Position numbers and translations under genes: made by a program. DNA of 64,000 bases, taken from Eledone cirrhosa (taxonomy: Eukaryota). Below are positions 43,778-57,039 of this stretch, piece after piece. The notes below the pieces were generated by a model. That model saw only the letters and a list, made by a program, of their open reading frames with translations, made no database searches and had not been told where the DNA came from. The stretch spans positions 94,860,001 to 94,924,000 of the forward strand of contig OZ024745.1 in NCBI GenBank assembly GCA_964016885.1, written 5' to 3'. Every line of letters begins with the position of its first letter. Positions within the stretch are counted from its first letter, which is position 1.

Positions 43778-44687
43778 AGAGAGAGAGAGAATGTTTGGCA
43801 ATACAGGTGGCATGTGAAGTATATAATGTTGGTATTACAAAGTTTGCTTTCATGTATGTTGTTAGTATGTTCTCTGTAAAATTAAATTGATATATTTACC
43901 ACTTCTGATTTGAAACTAGTTTCAAATCACTGTTCAAGATTTAATCCATAGACATCTAACACTCCTCGGAAAAATCCATAATTTCCCCTCTAGTTTATTG
44001 TCTTATGAGATAAGACGTAAACATTTCATCTTTAAATTTCTGGCTTTTAACTTTGAAATGATAGATTTTTTAGAAAATAAAAATATGATAGATTCTGTTT
44101 CGACGATGAGTATTATTTGGTCAGTCAACTGACGACCCTACTCATTAAATTAAGGTGTAAATGGCTGAGTGTTTCACTGGGACAGTACCCTTAATGTAGT
44201 TCTCAAGCTGAATAAGCGCACCTGTCAACTCTCCCCGTCCGACGGAGTGATCTCTCACCCACTTTGGAGTGGGTGAAAGATGTCTTCTCTTGTGAAAATG
44301 GGTATAGCTTTTATTATGAAAATCTCCCCATTTTGTTTTATTTCTCCCTGTTTTGGGACACTTTTTATTCGTGGCACTCCCCGTTTAGGTTTTTAAAGGT
44401 TGGCAGCTCTCCAAGCGTGACAGATTATGTGAAAGGGTTGAATGTCACATCTTTCCAGTCAGTTTCATTCTACCAAATTTTACTCATAGACCTGGATCGA
44501 ACCGTGTTATGGTAAAAATAAGACTGGCCTAAGAAGCTATTCGAAGATATCAAATCGTGCACTTCGCGATAGCGAAGCGAGCTTCTAAATCCCTCAGCTC
44601 TGCCTGCGTTCCGGGGAACTTAATGAAATATCGAACAAATAATACACAAAAACGATATCGGTTTCTTTGATAAACTCAAATAACTTT

Positions 44688-44996
44688 TATATTAGAGGAG
44701 AGAGATGGAAATGTAAGATGTTTATATTAGAGGAGAGAGATAAGAATGTTAGATGTCTATATTAGAGGAGAGAGATGAAAATGTTAGATGTCTATATTAG
44801 AGCAGAGAGATGAGAATGTAAGATATCTGTATTAGAGGAGAGAGATAAGATATAAATCGTCCATATTAGAGGACAGAGATAAGAATATTAGATGTTTATA
44901 TTAGAGGAAAGAGATGAAAATATGGGATGTTTATATTAGAGGAGAAGAGAGATGAGATGTAAACTGTCTATATTAGAGGAGAGAGATGAGAATGTA
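44688..44996. repeat. minisatellite, ~31-bp unit x ~10
   Basis: Repeats of TATATTAGAGGAGAGAGATRAGAATGTWAGATGT-like units. Confidence 0.9.
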
Positions 44997-46381
44997 CCAT
45001 GCCTATGCCGTTCTCAAGGAAGGAGATGATATTGATTTTTTAATGTAGGCACAAGAGCAGAAAATTGTTGGGGAAAGTGCGAAGGTGATTAAATCTTCAA
45101 GCCTGGAATGATGAATGACGAACTTGACATCGATGGGATTTGAACTCAGACTGTAAAGAGCAATAATAAAGAATGCAATGAAATGTTGTCCAACAATTCT
45201 CCAATTCCGACAAGTCACCACCCATAAATGATGAATATAATATTGCTAATCCGTACACATAATCACAATGTTGTAATTACAAGCAAAAAACTGGCTGAAA
45301 TGAGTTACAGATAAAAAATCTGTGGAATCATGCGTTCTTATGTGTATGTGTGTGTATGTTTGTGTGTGTGTGTGTATGTGTGTGAGGATATGTATGTGTG
45401 TGTGTGAGTTTAATATGTGTGAGGTGAGGACGTTCGTCTGTTTGCGTGTGATCGTGATTTCTTTACTAGTTACAAGCTACATGGAATTATCATAAATATT
45501 GACAGACATGCATGCCATGTGTAATGGAATTATTTGATAAATTTCAACATTGACGATTCATGTACTCATGGCTGCGTGAAGAACTACGATTTGCAGCCTC
45601 ATGGTTGCAGCTTTACACCCTCTGCCTGCCACATTACATAATTTGTTTATGCTACAACCCTGAACTGTTTAATACTAGCCGAATGGAAGTTGGTAGTTGA
45701 GAGTTGTGCTAATATGTTTTCTGTATTGCGACCATGCTGTAGCCTCAACGTTAGACGTTTTTCTCTTACATATTTCATTGTTTTTTAAGATACAAACTAC
45801 AATTTATATAGTATCTGCCTATCAAATGTCACTTGCAACTATTAGTCAAACCATGATTGACAGAAGAATTTATTTGTGAGTGTCGTTCGAACCTGGACGC
45901 TGCCGGTTGCAAAGTAAACTTGTTTATTGCTTGGCTGCCATGTGCCTATTGTATGAATAAAAGAAATATGTAAAACCACTAGACATTCTCATTCTCCCAG
46001 TGTTTACACTCGGTAGGATTCGAGCTAGCAAGCATCCATATTATCAATTACACATATACCCATATCCATCCACACATATACACACGCGTGTTTAATTAGA
46101 AGACGTTGCAATGGATGGATTTATTTGGGGTAGTTGATTTGTTGTTAACTTAAATAGTTGAATATCATAGAGCAACGCTAATAACGAAATGAGAATGAAA
46201 GCCCTCTTGACCAAAATTTAACACCTCTATCAACACGCAGAGTTTCAATTTCCTAACTCTACACATTCGGTTAAACTGAACTGTGAAACTGAACAGTAGA
46301 ACAGAAGATGATGCCTTATAAAATGACAGTTGCACGCAGAACATATATTCATACATACACACAAAAACACTCACACACATA

Positions 46382-46413
<32 letters not shown>

Positions 46414-46434
46414 TACACACACACACACACACAA

Positions 46435-46500
<66 letters not shown>

Positions 46501-46759
46501 GATGTTAGGTTATTTACGAATGGGTAGAACTGGTGGTCCCGGTTATTAAACGATGGTGTTTTGATGTTTTTAGTTTATATATATATATAAAGAAAAAAAG
46601 ATGAAATCGAAAATGCAACTGAAGTCTTATTTTTTAAAAATAAGACTCCAGTTGCATTTTCGTTTTCATCGTTTTTTCTTTATACTTTCACTCGTGTAGG
46701 ACACCTCGGTTATTTTTCATTTTGTAAAAAAAACCTCACTTTCTAATATATATATATAT

Positions 46760-48040
46760 ATTAGACTATCATACTCCACGGCACCAAACCTTGAAGCATA
46801 CATAAAAAAGCTTAACTTAAAGCAATTAAACAACACTACAAAACAAAATATTTTCGTAACAGATGGGCAGAACGTAATATCTGCCTCCCAACCACTAAAT
46901 GGGAGATGTATTACACAACCCACCTGTACTGCTATCACAACCTATCCATGGTATACCCGCTACCCACAACAACAAATGTAACTGCCATCTACCTGAAAGA
47001 TGTCCATTGAAGAATGAATGCCTAAAGTCAACATTGTTTACCAATGCACGGTTGAATCGAACGACCAGAAATGGTATTACATCGGATCTACCACCACCTC
47101 GTTTAAATCTCGCTGGTACCGTCATCGATTCTCAATCAAACATCCTGATCACCGTTTTGTGACCACGCTCGCCAACAAGACCTGGCAACTCCGTGAACGC
47201 AACCAACAGTTCACCTTAAAATGGGATATACTTTCCAGCGCAAGTGCATATCGGAGTGGATTGAAGTACTGTAGGTTATGTAACCTTGAACTCTTTTACA
47301 TATTAAAATCCAAAAATAAACTACTTAACGATAGAATTGACGATCATTATACTGCAACCACAAACTGAAAGCTAAATTCTCTCACTATAAAATAACATAA
47401 CATTCGAACCCGTAACTATAACATCGCTTTCTAGCTAACCACCCTCTCTTCCCCCACACTACAAGACAATACACTGCTTATCACTATAAATGGTAACTCA
47501 GTGCAATTCGCAGATTACTACTACGAACCCAAAGTTCACCCACCCCATAGACTTCGTATGTCCCTCTCTATCTCTCCCTCTATATCCATTCCACTCTCTC
47601 TCTCTCTCTCGCCTTTGACCTACCTCCCTCCCTCTCCACATCTATGAACCTGCCCTCTGGGGCAATAAATAATTCCAACCTTGACTATCAACGCATCTCT
47701 CTAAAAGTAACCAGTATAATAAAACCCCTACCATAACATTTTGATTAAGATATCTACAAACCACTCTCTCCTATTTCTCCAACCCCTGCATATATTTCAC
47801 TCTCTCTCCCTCTCCCCTACTTTTCTCTCTTCCTTTTCTACTCTATCTTCTCCAATAACCTCACTTAAGGGTATTTACATTGTACATTTTAACCATTCTG
47901 CTCTGATGATACAGTGGTCACAGCATTTGATATTTGAGTTCTGCAAATAGTGGAAAATTTGCACATAGCATAACTAGGCTATATTACCACCGTGGAAACA
48001 TTTGTAAGCACACGGAATAAATTACATTTTTTATGATGTC
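46760..48040 (+). mobile_element. 5'-truncated Hydra-clade-like PLE (linker + GIY-YIG, 3' UTR, HHR)
   Basis: CNCHLPERCPL...NIVYQC...YIGST...FKSRW...CRLCNLE, with frameshifts. Confidence 0.85.
47899..48010 (+). ncRNA. hammerhead ribozyme with branched ~85-nt stem II
   Basis: UGCU-CUGAUGA-UACAGUGGU...ACCACCGUG-GAAA-CA-UU-UG-UA-AGCA; internal hairpins UGCAAAU/AUUUGCA and AUAGC/GCUAU. Confidence 0.75.
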
Positions 48041-48060
48041 TACCTGTTATTATTCATTCG

Positions 48061-48246
48061 GTGGATTGGCAGTATCGGTAGAGGCTCGGACGTCATGCTT
48101 TGACGCATAGAGTTACGGCCCTTGCCATTCTGAGTTCAAATCCCGCCGAGGTTAACTTTGCCTTTCATCCTTACGGGGTCGATAAAATAAAGTACCAATA
48201 ATACACTGGGTAATTGCTGGCCTTGTCCCAAAAGTAGAAACAATTA
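48061..48246 (+). mobile_element. tRNA-derived SINE, family A (an inverted pair of partial copies at 48522-48742)
   Basis: A-box, B-box and central domain. Confidence 0.85.
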
Positions 48247-48255
48247 TTCATTCTT

Positions 48256-48312
<57 letters not shown>

Positions 48313-48889
48313 ATATATATATAAAAGTAACTGATTTAAAAATGGTTGATCTTTTCTTCAGGGTAAAATCAAAAGCTTGGAAGCTGACGACAGCTACTGG
48401 CCCCTATGCGGCCTAGATTACTGGCAGGTAAACAACTGCTACACTCACAGACATGTAGATTTACACATACACGCACGCATACACACATACACACACGCAC
48501 AAGGACATTATATAATCTTATAATTGTTTCTACTTTTGGCACAAGGCCTGCAATTATCCCAGTGTATTACTGGTACTTTATTTTATCGACCCCGTAAGGA
48601 TGAAAGGCAAAGTTAACCTCGGCGGGATTATATAAACTTATAATAAGGTTAACTTTGCCTTTCATCCTTAGGGGTCGATAAAATAAAGTACCAGCAATGC
48701 ACTTGGATAATTGCTGGCCTTTTGCCAAAAGTAGAGACAATTATATAATCTGATCTAAATATGGACGATCCAACCGATTGGGAAACATTAACCCATTATT
48801 TTATTATTACGACTCGAACTCAGACACTACGTAATCTTCCACCATCTATTCTAAAGCTATTAGTAGAGCGGTTCTATTGAAATAAAGTG

Positions 48890-49205
48890 ACGAACGACCA
48901 TGGAAATTGTACCTAGAAAGTTACCCTCCGAGGCACAAGACTGAGCAATGTTGTTTGGAGAAGACCAGCAGTCACCTATGTACACCAGTTTTCCTTCTTC
49001 ACCGATGATGTCCAAGGGAAAGGCAATGGCTGATACAACTCCGTACCAGTGATGTCACAACTCATTTCTATAACTGAGTCAACTGAAGCAACATGAAATA
49101 AAATGTCTTGCTGAAGAACATAAAACACAACCCAGTCTGGGAATCTAACTTCCAATCTCTTGATTGTAAGCACGACGCTCTAACCATTAAGTCATCTGCC
49201 TTCAC
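48890..49205 (-). mobile_element. second tRNA-derived SINE family (CORE-like)
   Basis: Degenerate tRNA head TGACTTAATGGTTAGAGCG...GTTAGATTCC followed by a CORE-like TGTTCTTCAGCAAGACA..TTATTTCA segment. Confidence 0.55.
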
Positions 49206-50111
49206 ATTAAAATAAAATACTGCATACATCCCACCTCGATGTTCGGAGATCTCAGGTAGTTCCTCATTTGTTTCAACCCCACAACTCCAAACATCACCTT
49301 GCATTCCCAGAAAAAAAACTGTAATAAAGTAGTGATATATTTAATAGTTGTCTTTTTAGCCACAGACCATGCTGATCCAGATGTCCGACTATCAAATATA
49401 CTCCGAGTTTGTGTGGCATAGTGTATCTAAAAGAGGGCTGTTGTGTTTGAGATAAGGGCGATGTAACTACTACTTTTAGCAGATAAAACGATCAACTTAA
49501 GTCTCTTTTATTTTGTAAGCTGGATCTACGTCTTCTTTAACAGCATCAAACCTAAGAAAGTCAGCCTGGGAATTATCTGTATATGATTTACTGATGTGAG
49601 AAAGCCCAGACGAATTATGGACATGTGACGTTTTCTAAGAGTTTAATAGATACTTACAGAAAAGTGTGAATGAACTTGCATATGTATTTTCTTTTGTAGA
49701 TTTACTAACTATACCACTTAAATGCGGAACTGTATATGTTTGGCAAGCAAGACGATGACTAAAGTGAGTCTTCCACAATATAACAGTAACATTAGATAAA
49801 TAAAATGTATGAGTAAAAGGCGGGAAACTGAAGTGGCGATGAAAAACAGAATCGATTTCATGTCGCCGTTAGGCTTATACATACACTACAAAAACCAAAC
49901 AAACACATATAGTATATTTTGTGTTACTGGTATGATGTGAATGGCATCCAGCCATCAGAACCTTTGAGTTCTCTGTATGTAGTTTAGTCATATGCATTTA
50001 TACATACGTGTGTGTGTATTCATATGTATATCACTATGGTAAAAGGCAAAGCATATTGTGAAATTATACATCTATGGAATCATAAACACACATACACACA
50101 AATACATACAA

Positions 50112-50238
<127 letters not shown>

Positions 50239-50383
50239 ACAAAGAGAGTGTGGTAAGATACCAGGTGAACCATAACGCACCAGAGTACTCAATACTTAAG
50301 GTATTAGAGTGGGTAATATGAACTAGTTCAGATCAAATTGTCGAAACGGCCGGAGCTCAGCCGTCGGGGTCCTGACTCTTTTC

Positions 50384-50418
<35 letters not shown>

Positions 50419-50790
50419 TGTATATATATATATATATATTATAATATGCGGCTAACTGACCAGGGATGTGCATTCCACATAATAGAGCGGCCGGCTGACG
50501 TAGAAACATCAACGCATACCACCAGTTCCTTCTATCATAAAAATAAAAACATTTCGAGGAAACTTTTTCAATTTTTTGGAGGAAGTTAAAAAAGTGTTTA
50601 AGTTGTGTGAAATTGTTTAGAGATTTATATACCATCTCACGAGATCTAGCTGGTGGGAACGGGTAGGTAGAAAACTATATAGTCTTGAACCTCAGCGAAA
50701 TATGTATTATGGGGATGAAAATAAACCTGAATACAACTGCATATGGTCTTCGATGTATTTAATATATATATATAATATATATATATATAT

Positions 50791-51214
50791 ATGGAAAGTT
50801 ATATTTAAATTGTTGGGTTACAACTAGTAAATATTTATAACTGATATAAAAGCACTCAACAAGTATTTGGAGTATATTTACGATATTAAATAAATGGAAA
50901 CTATATTTATAAAACCATATTTATTTCAATTATATATATTTCAGGGATATCATATTAACAATATGTTATGCCTTCTTCAGACAAAATACAATATAGACAG
51001 TTTTATAAATAAATAGATTTGACATACCGTTCAACATCGACTTTTCAAATACAAGTCGATGTCGAACGGTATGTCAAATCTATTTATTTATAAAACTGTC
51101 TATATTGTATTTTGTCTGAAGAAGGCATAACATATTGTTAATATGATATCCCTGAAATATATATAATTGAAATAAATATGGTTTTATAAATATAGTTTCC
51201 ATTTATTTAATATC

Positions 51215-51216
<2 letters not shown>
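50791..51216. repeat. fold-back of the 14510-family pseudo-LTR
   Basis: 50879-51042 is the reverse complement of ~51053-51216. Confidence 0.9.
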
Positions 51217-51304
<88 letters not shown>

Positions 51305-51307
<3 letters not shown>

Positions 51308-52755
51308 GAAAAAGTGGAGAATAACATGATCAACAGTACAAAAAAGGGGATTTATTTGCAGTCTAACAATTGTTTCATTGATAGAGTTGTCTAAAAATTG
51401 GTGAACACTAAATACAGTGTCACTCAATTTAAAATACGATGTTAACTCTATTAGATCATCGCAAACTGTTAAAAATATATATATGTAACCGGCAAATTTA
51501 CAAATTCAAATTACATCATCAATAATAATATTAATAATAAAGATATAGAGAGAAAAGGAGGAAGAAAGGGAGATAGATACAGTAACAAAAGAAAGGAAAA
51601 GAAGGAGAAAGAAGAAGAAGGAAAAGGAAAAAGAAAAAGAGAAAGAAGAAGAAAGGGGGAAATTATTATAGATAGAAATATAAAGAGAGGAAGATATATA
51701 GTAGATGAAGGTATGTAGATGAGAGACAAACATAAGTAAGAATAACGTAGGATAGAGAGAAAAAGAGAAAAGAATAGAGGGACAAATAGATGAATAAACG
51801 TTAATGCATGAATAAATGTAAATAAAAATAAAAATAGATATATAAAAAATATATGAAAAAATGGTGAAAATATGATAATGTTAAATATATTTATGTGTGT
51901 ATTGGTTATTTTAATAAATAAATTAATTAATTAGTTTTAAGTTATATTATATGAGAAAATAAAATGACAGAGATGAAATAAATTTAGGGAGAGAAATATT
52001 AAGATAAAGAGTGAAAAATAGAGATATATAAAATAAGAAAGTAAATATAAGAGGTTTTGATGTTGTTCTTTGATAGATGATGTCAATTATAATTATAATT
52101 ATAATGATGATGATGTTGATAATGTGATATCAAAATAGATCCAAGTGGTACAATCTGGGTTATGGATAAGTTAAGCTGGTCTAAAGTTTTCAAATTTAGT
52201 CGCCGATTTATGTCGACAAGAAATGTTTTTTTCAATTTTACTGTTAAGAAGAATTTTTTTGCAATTTAAAATTTGGAAAAGTTCCATATTACAGAGACTA
52301 CAGTGGGACATACACATTTGATAGGCCTTTGCTTTTGATAGCTTTGTCCAGCTGATTTTATATTCCATGTTTGCATCTTTAAGTTGCCAGATTTTAAATT
52401 TGCCGGTTACATATATATTTTTTTAACAGTTTCCGATGATCTAGTAGAGTTAACATCATATTTTAAAATTCAGTGGCACTGTTTTTAGTGTTCAGCAATT
52501 TTTAGACAACTCTATCAGTGAAACAATTGTCAGACTGCAAATAATTCCCCTTTTTTGTACTGTTGACCATGTTATTCTCCACTTTTTCAATTTTATTACT
52601 CCAAGATAAACTTACATAGGAATATAAGTGAAATCATAAACTCGTCATCTACGTAAACCTCTTGTTGAGTCAAGCAACGCTGTACGCTAAAACTATCCAT
52701 AATAATAAGTATTTACAACCTCTAATTGGATTACCTATAACGATATTTTGTTATC

Positions 52756-52760
<5 letters not shown>
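51305..52760 (-). mobile_element. 5'-truncated PLE (GIY-YIG C-terminus at 52171-52395) with inverted pseudo-LTR
   Basis: KIWQLKDANMEYKISW...CSLCNME...SCRH; 51305-51505 is inverted at 52395-52592. Confidence 0.82.
52427..52537 (+). ncRNA. variant hammerhead ribozyme, core CCGAUGA, long stem II (mirror copy at 51359-51468, -, core GCGAUGA)
   Basis: CAGUUU-CCGAUGA-U-CU..UAGAGUU...AACUCUA..AG-U-GAAA-C-AAUU-G-UC-AGACUG. Confidence 0.7.
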
Positions 52761-52823
<63 letters not shown>

Positions 52824-52956
52824 TGAGAGAGGGGGTGGGGGAGAAAGACAGATACAGAGATGGATGAGATATTATAAATAAGAACATTATCAAATTAATA
52901 CTCCCAAACATAATAAAAGTAAAGTGTAGAATAGTATTTATATATATATATATATG

Positions 52957-53855
52957 GGATAAGTTATCGTTATAGGTAATCCAGTTAGAGGTTGTGAGTA
53001 CTCTGTATTGTGGATAGTTCTAACGTACGGCGTTGTTTGACTCAACAAGAGGTTTCCATAGTTAGGTAGCGAGTTCGTGAGAATCCCTATGCAGGTTATT
53101 CTTGGAGTAATAATAGTGAAAGATTGAAGAATAACATGGTCGGCTGTACAAAAAAGGTTTTATTTCTAGTATTAACAATTGTTTCATTGATAAGATGAAA
53201 GAATCAGCTTGCCTGGCATTTACCACACTTATATCAACACTCCCTCTCAATGTTTATTCTCTATCGACCGATCTACTCCTTCCCCATACATAGCCCTACC
53301 CCTTATGTCTCATCCTCGTATCACCACCCCACTCTCTGTCTCATGTCCTGTATCTCTTCCCCTCTCACTTACTTTTTATCTTTTATCTGTTATTTGTTAC
53401 TATTTTTTATTTTCTACTTTAACCCTCTGAGATTTGACCACTACGTATGTATGTATTTAATGTTTCTTTTCATGTTAGTATTATCTCTACCCTCATCACG
53501 TCTTTACACATGCACTTACTCACCACTGTAACCACCACTATATCAGCAATCGTATTCTGTACATATTATTTTTTATTTATTTTTTACATCTTTATCATCT
53601 TCATTCTAACTTCTTTATTATTATTTTTTATTATTGATGTCATTGTTTTGATTCTCCGTTATATCTATAAATACCAATGACATATGTAAAACCTCCAGTA
53701 TTCCGACGATTTGGTCAGAGGGAAACACTGTATTTAAGGTCGAGTGACGCAACTTCGAGTGATTAGCGGCCTTTAGACTCACCTGATTAATGAAACAATT
53801 GTTAATACTAGAAATAAAACCCTTTTTGTACAGCCGACCATGTTATTCTTCAAGC
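52957..53855. mobile_element. PLE 3' UTR/pseudo-LTR with inverted tail (same family as 29285-30050)
   Basis: 53125-53190 is inverted at 53787-53853; homologous to 29290-30010. Confidence 0.75.
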
Positions 53856-53857
53856 TT

Positions 53858-53922
<65 letters not shown>

Positions 53923-54127
53923 ATATATAATACAAGAACTATTTCTTAAGCCTTCATTACGTTTATTGATTGGTAATGAAGGGTTAACAAATCATCCTTG
54001 CATTATTATATTACACTCTGTTTAACCCTATACCTTGCTACTGATGTGTACCTAAACATCGAGTGGTCACCTGGGTGAACCTACAGTAACTTTACGGTAC
54101 ACTCCCTGGATATATATATGTATATAA

Positions 54128-54204
<77 letters not shown>

Positions 54205-54215
54205 CATATATATAC

Positions 54216-54438
<223 letters not shown>

Positions 54439-54439
54439 A

Positions 54440-54492
<53 letters not shown>

Positions 54493-54503
54493 TGTATATA
54501 TAA

Positions 54504-54617
<114 letters not shown>

Positions 54618-54798
54618 CGAAGGAAATGTGGTAAGGAACCAGATGGACCAACAACGCACCAAAATACTCAATACTTAAGGTAGTAGAGTTGGTAATAGGA
54701 TCAAGTATGACCCCGACAGCAGAGCTCAAGCCGTTTCGACTTAGTCCAGAATTAGCCGTCGAAACGGCTTGAGCTCTGCCGTCGGGGTCATACTTGTT

Positions 54799-54848
<50 letters not shown>

Positions 54849-55169
54849 AGAAAAAAAGAGAATCAGTGTTGTGACGAATGGAATTTATTGGACATATTAC
54901 AATCGTTTTCCTAATGAGAAAATCTGCTTCGTAGAATCAAGACATATCTGAGGACCTTGCGATTTTCAGAATTCATATAAATCGAAGGGAAAAAATGAAG
55001 CGGGGGTTTTCAGCGGGGGTTTGAACCCCCGGGGAACCCTTTGATTAAAATGAAATATACGTAAAAAATCAAATGGGCATGAGTCGCACACACGTGTCAA
55101 GTTTCATCAAGATCGGTTTGGCAGTGTTTGAGTTTTAGGTTCACAAACAGACAGAAATTTCCATTTAGG

Positions 55170-55257
<88 letters not shown>

Positions 55258-55418
55258 CACACACACACAAATATATATATATATATATATTTATTTATAT
55301 ATATATTTATTTATATATATATATGTATATATGTTTATATATATATACATATACATATATACATATATATATGTGGGTGTGGATGAGTGGGCGTGTGGGG
55401 GTGTATACATAGATACAT

Positions 55419-55473
<55 letters not shown>

Positions 55474-55858
55474 ATCGTGCATGTGGGTTTTTGTATGTAT
55501 AATATGTATGCATTTTGTAGATGTAGAAGTAAGTTCCACACTTCCTTAAACCAGTTCTTCCTCACCATTGTTTTCAATCATCCCGAGGGAAAGAGCACTT
55601 CTCAATATATCTATTGATATGCAATATGTTATGCCTCCCAATATATCTGCAAGCCATAATGCTATACCTGAAATTGTAGGAAAAAATAAAACATATCTGT
55701 CATTGATTTTATCTCAAAAGATTCTTTTCATCGTCTGTGTGATTATTCAGATGTATTATCAGGAAGACTTCGAATATATACATTGAAGCAAATCACAATA
55801 AATATGTTCAACTCGCATACTATGTATTTTTACACAGCAACAAATGGCTCCGTAGAAA

Positions 55859-55975
55859 TACGAGGTGGTGCTAAAAAGTTTCTGGCTTTGGGTAAATGAA
55901 AATACAGGAGGATCAGTTAATTATGATTTTATTCAACATATTTCTCTCTCAGATTCACACACTTATTGCAGCAAT
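55859..55975 (+). mobile_element. Tc1/mariner-like terminal fragment
   Basis: TA-CGAGG.G.TG..AAAAAGTT terminus pattern; no partner TIR seen. Confidence 0.45.
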
Positions 55976-56794
55976 CCTACCTCCTCTATAAAGGTAACAT
56001 CTCTACCCTTTCGCGATACACTTAATGCCAGGAACCTTTCAACAACCGCTCGTATTTTGATGTTTAAGACAATTGTTCTGTCCATACTGTTTGATTGTTG
56101 TGATACTTGGGCAACATAATGACATCAGATACATAGATTTTAGAAATTTCCTCCACAGTTAATTTCGAACGTTAAATAGGATAACCATGTTTTAAACATC
56201 GATGTACTGGTAGGAACTACATCCATTGGCATTCAAATTATCATTGGAAAAATACCAACACGAATGGCGAAGGCCTTGTAAAGAGTGACAGACACAAAGG
56301 TAGACAAGAGAATCATGTACAGTAAAATTTGATCTCTGCCCAACGTTTGCACCAAATAAACAGTTCAATGATGAATTCATGACGAATAACGTGTTCTCAT
56401 TCAATATCCAGCCTAGTAACAGAGATAACGTATTCGCGGACCATAAAAACTAGAGATAACAGTGCAGAGAATAGGCTATTGTTTGTTGTGTATGACTTTG
56501 GAAATTAATGAGCTGAAAAAAATAAGAGAAAAATATGTAGCAAAAGAGCTCAACGACCACGTCTGAGACAAGGCTTGTCTGTGACGCTTCATTCGTGATT
56601 TTGTGATTAAAGATTCATATCAAAATATCAGTATGTTGCGTGATGAAAAGTAAAATTATCAAGAATATCGATAAAGAAATATTGGAAACAGCGAGAAATG
56701 TCGAGAGTAACGCCCCCCCCCCCCACCACACACACGCACATGTAGATAAATATATAAATATATATATATACATATACATATACACATATATACA

Positions 56795-56872
<78 letters not shown>

Positions 56873-57039
56873 ATTATTACGTGCGCCGAAACATCCATGA
56901 TTCGTAGTAAACAGCTGACGAAGCGAAACTTCCATCTCTTGTTTGTGTCGCCTTACCTTCTAACACTCGTTATCAGTAACCACGCAGCCTCGCCTTCCTC
57001 ATCCATATTTTTATATTTATTGTATATATATATATATAG

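Noticed and set aside
44688-44996. CRISPR-like periodic array
   Set aside because: No unique spacers, eukaryotic context and no cas genes; it is a minisatellite.
56909-56944. HHR-like AAACAG-CUGACGA-AGC-GAAA...UUGUUU
   Set aside because: No stem II and no stem III pairing; at best a remnant.
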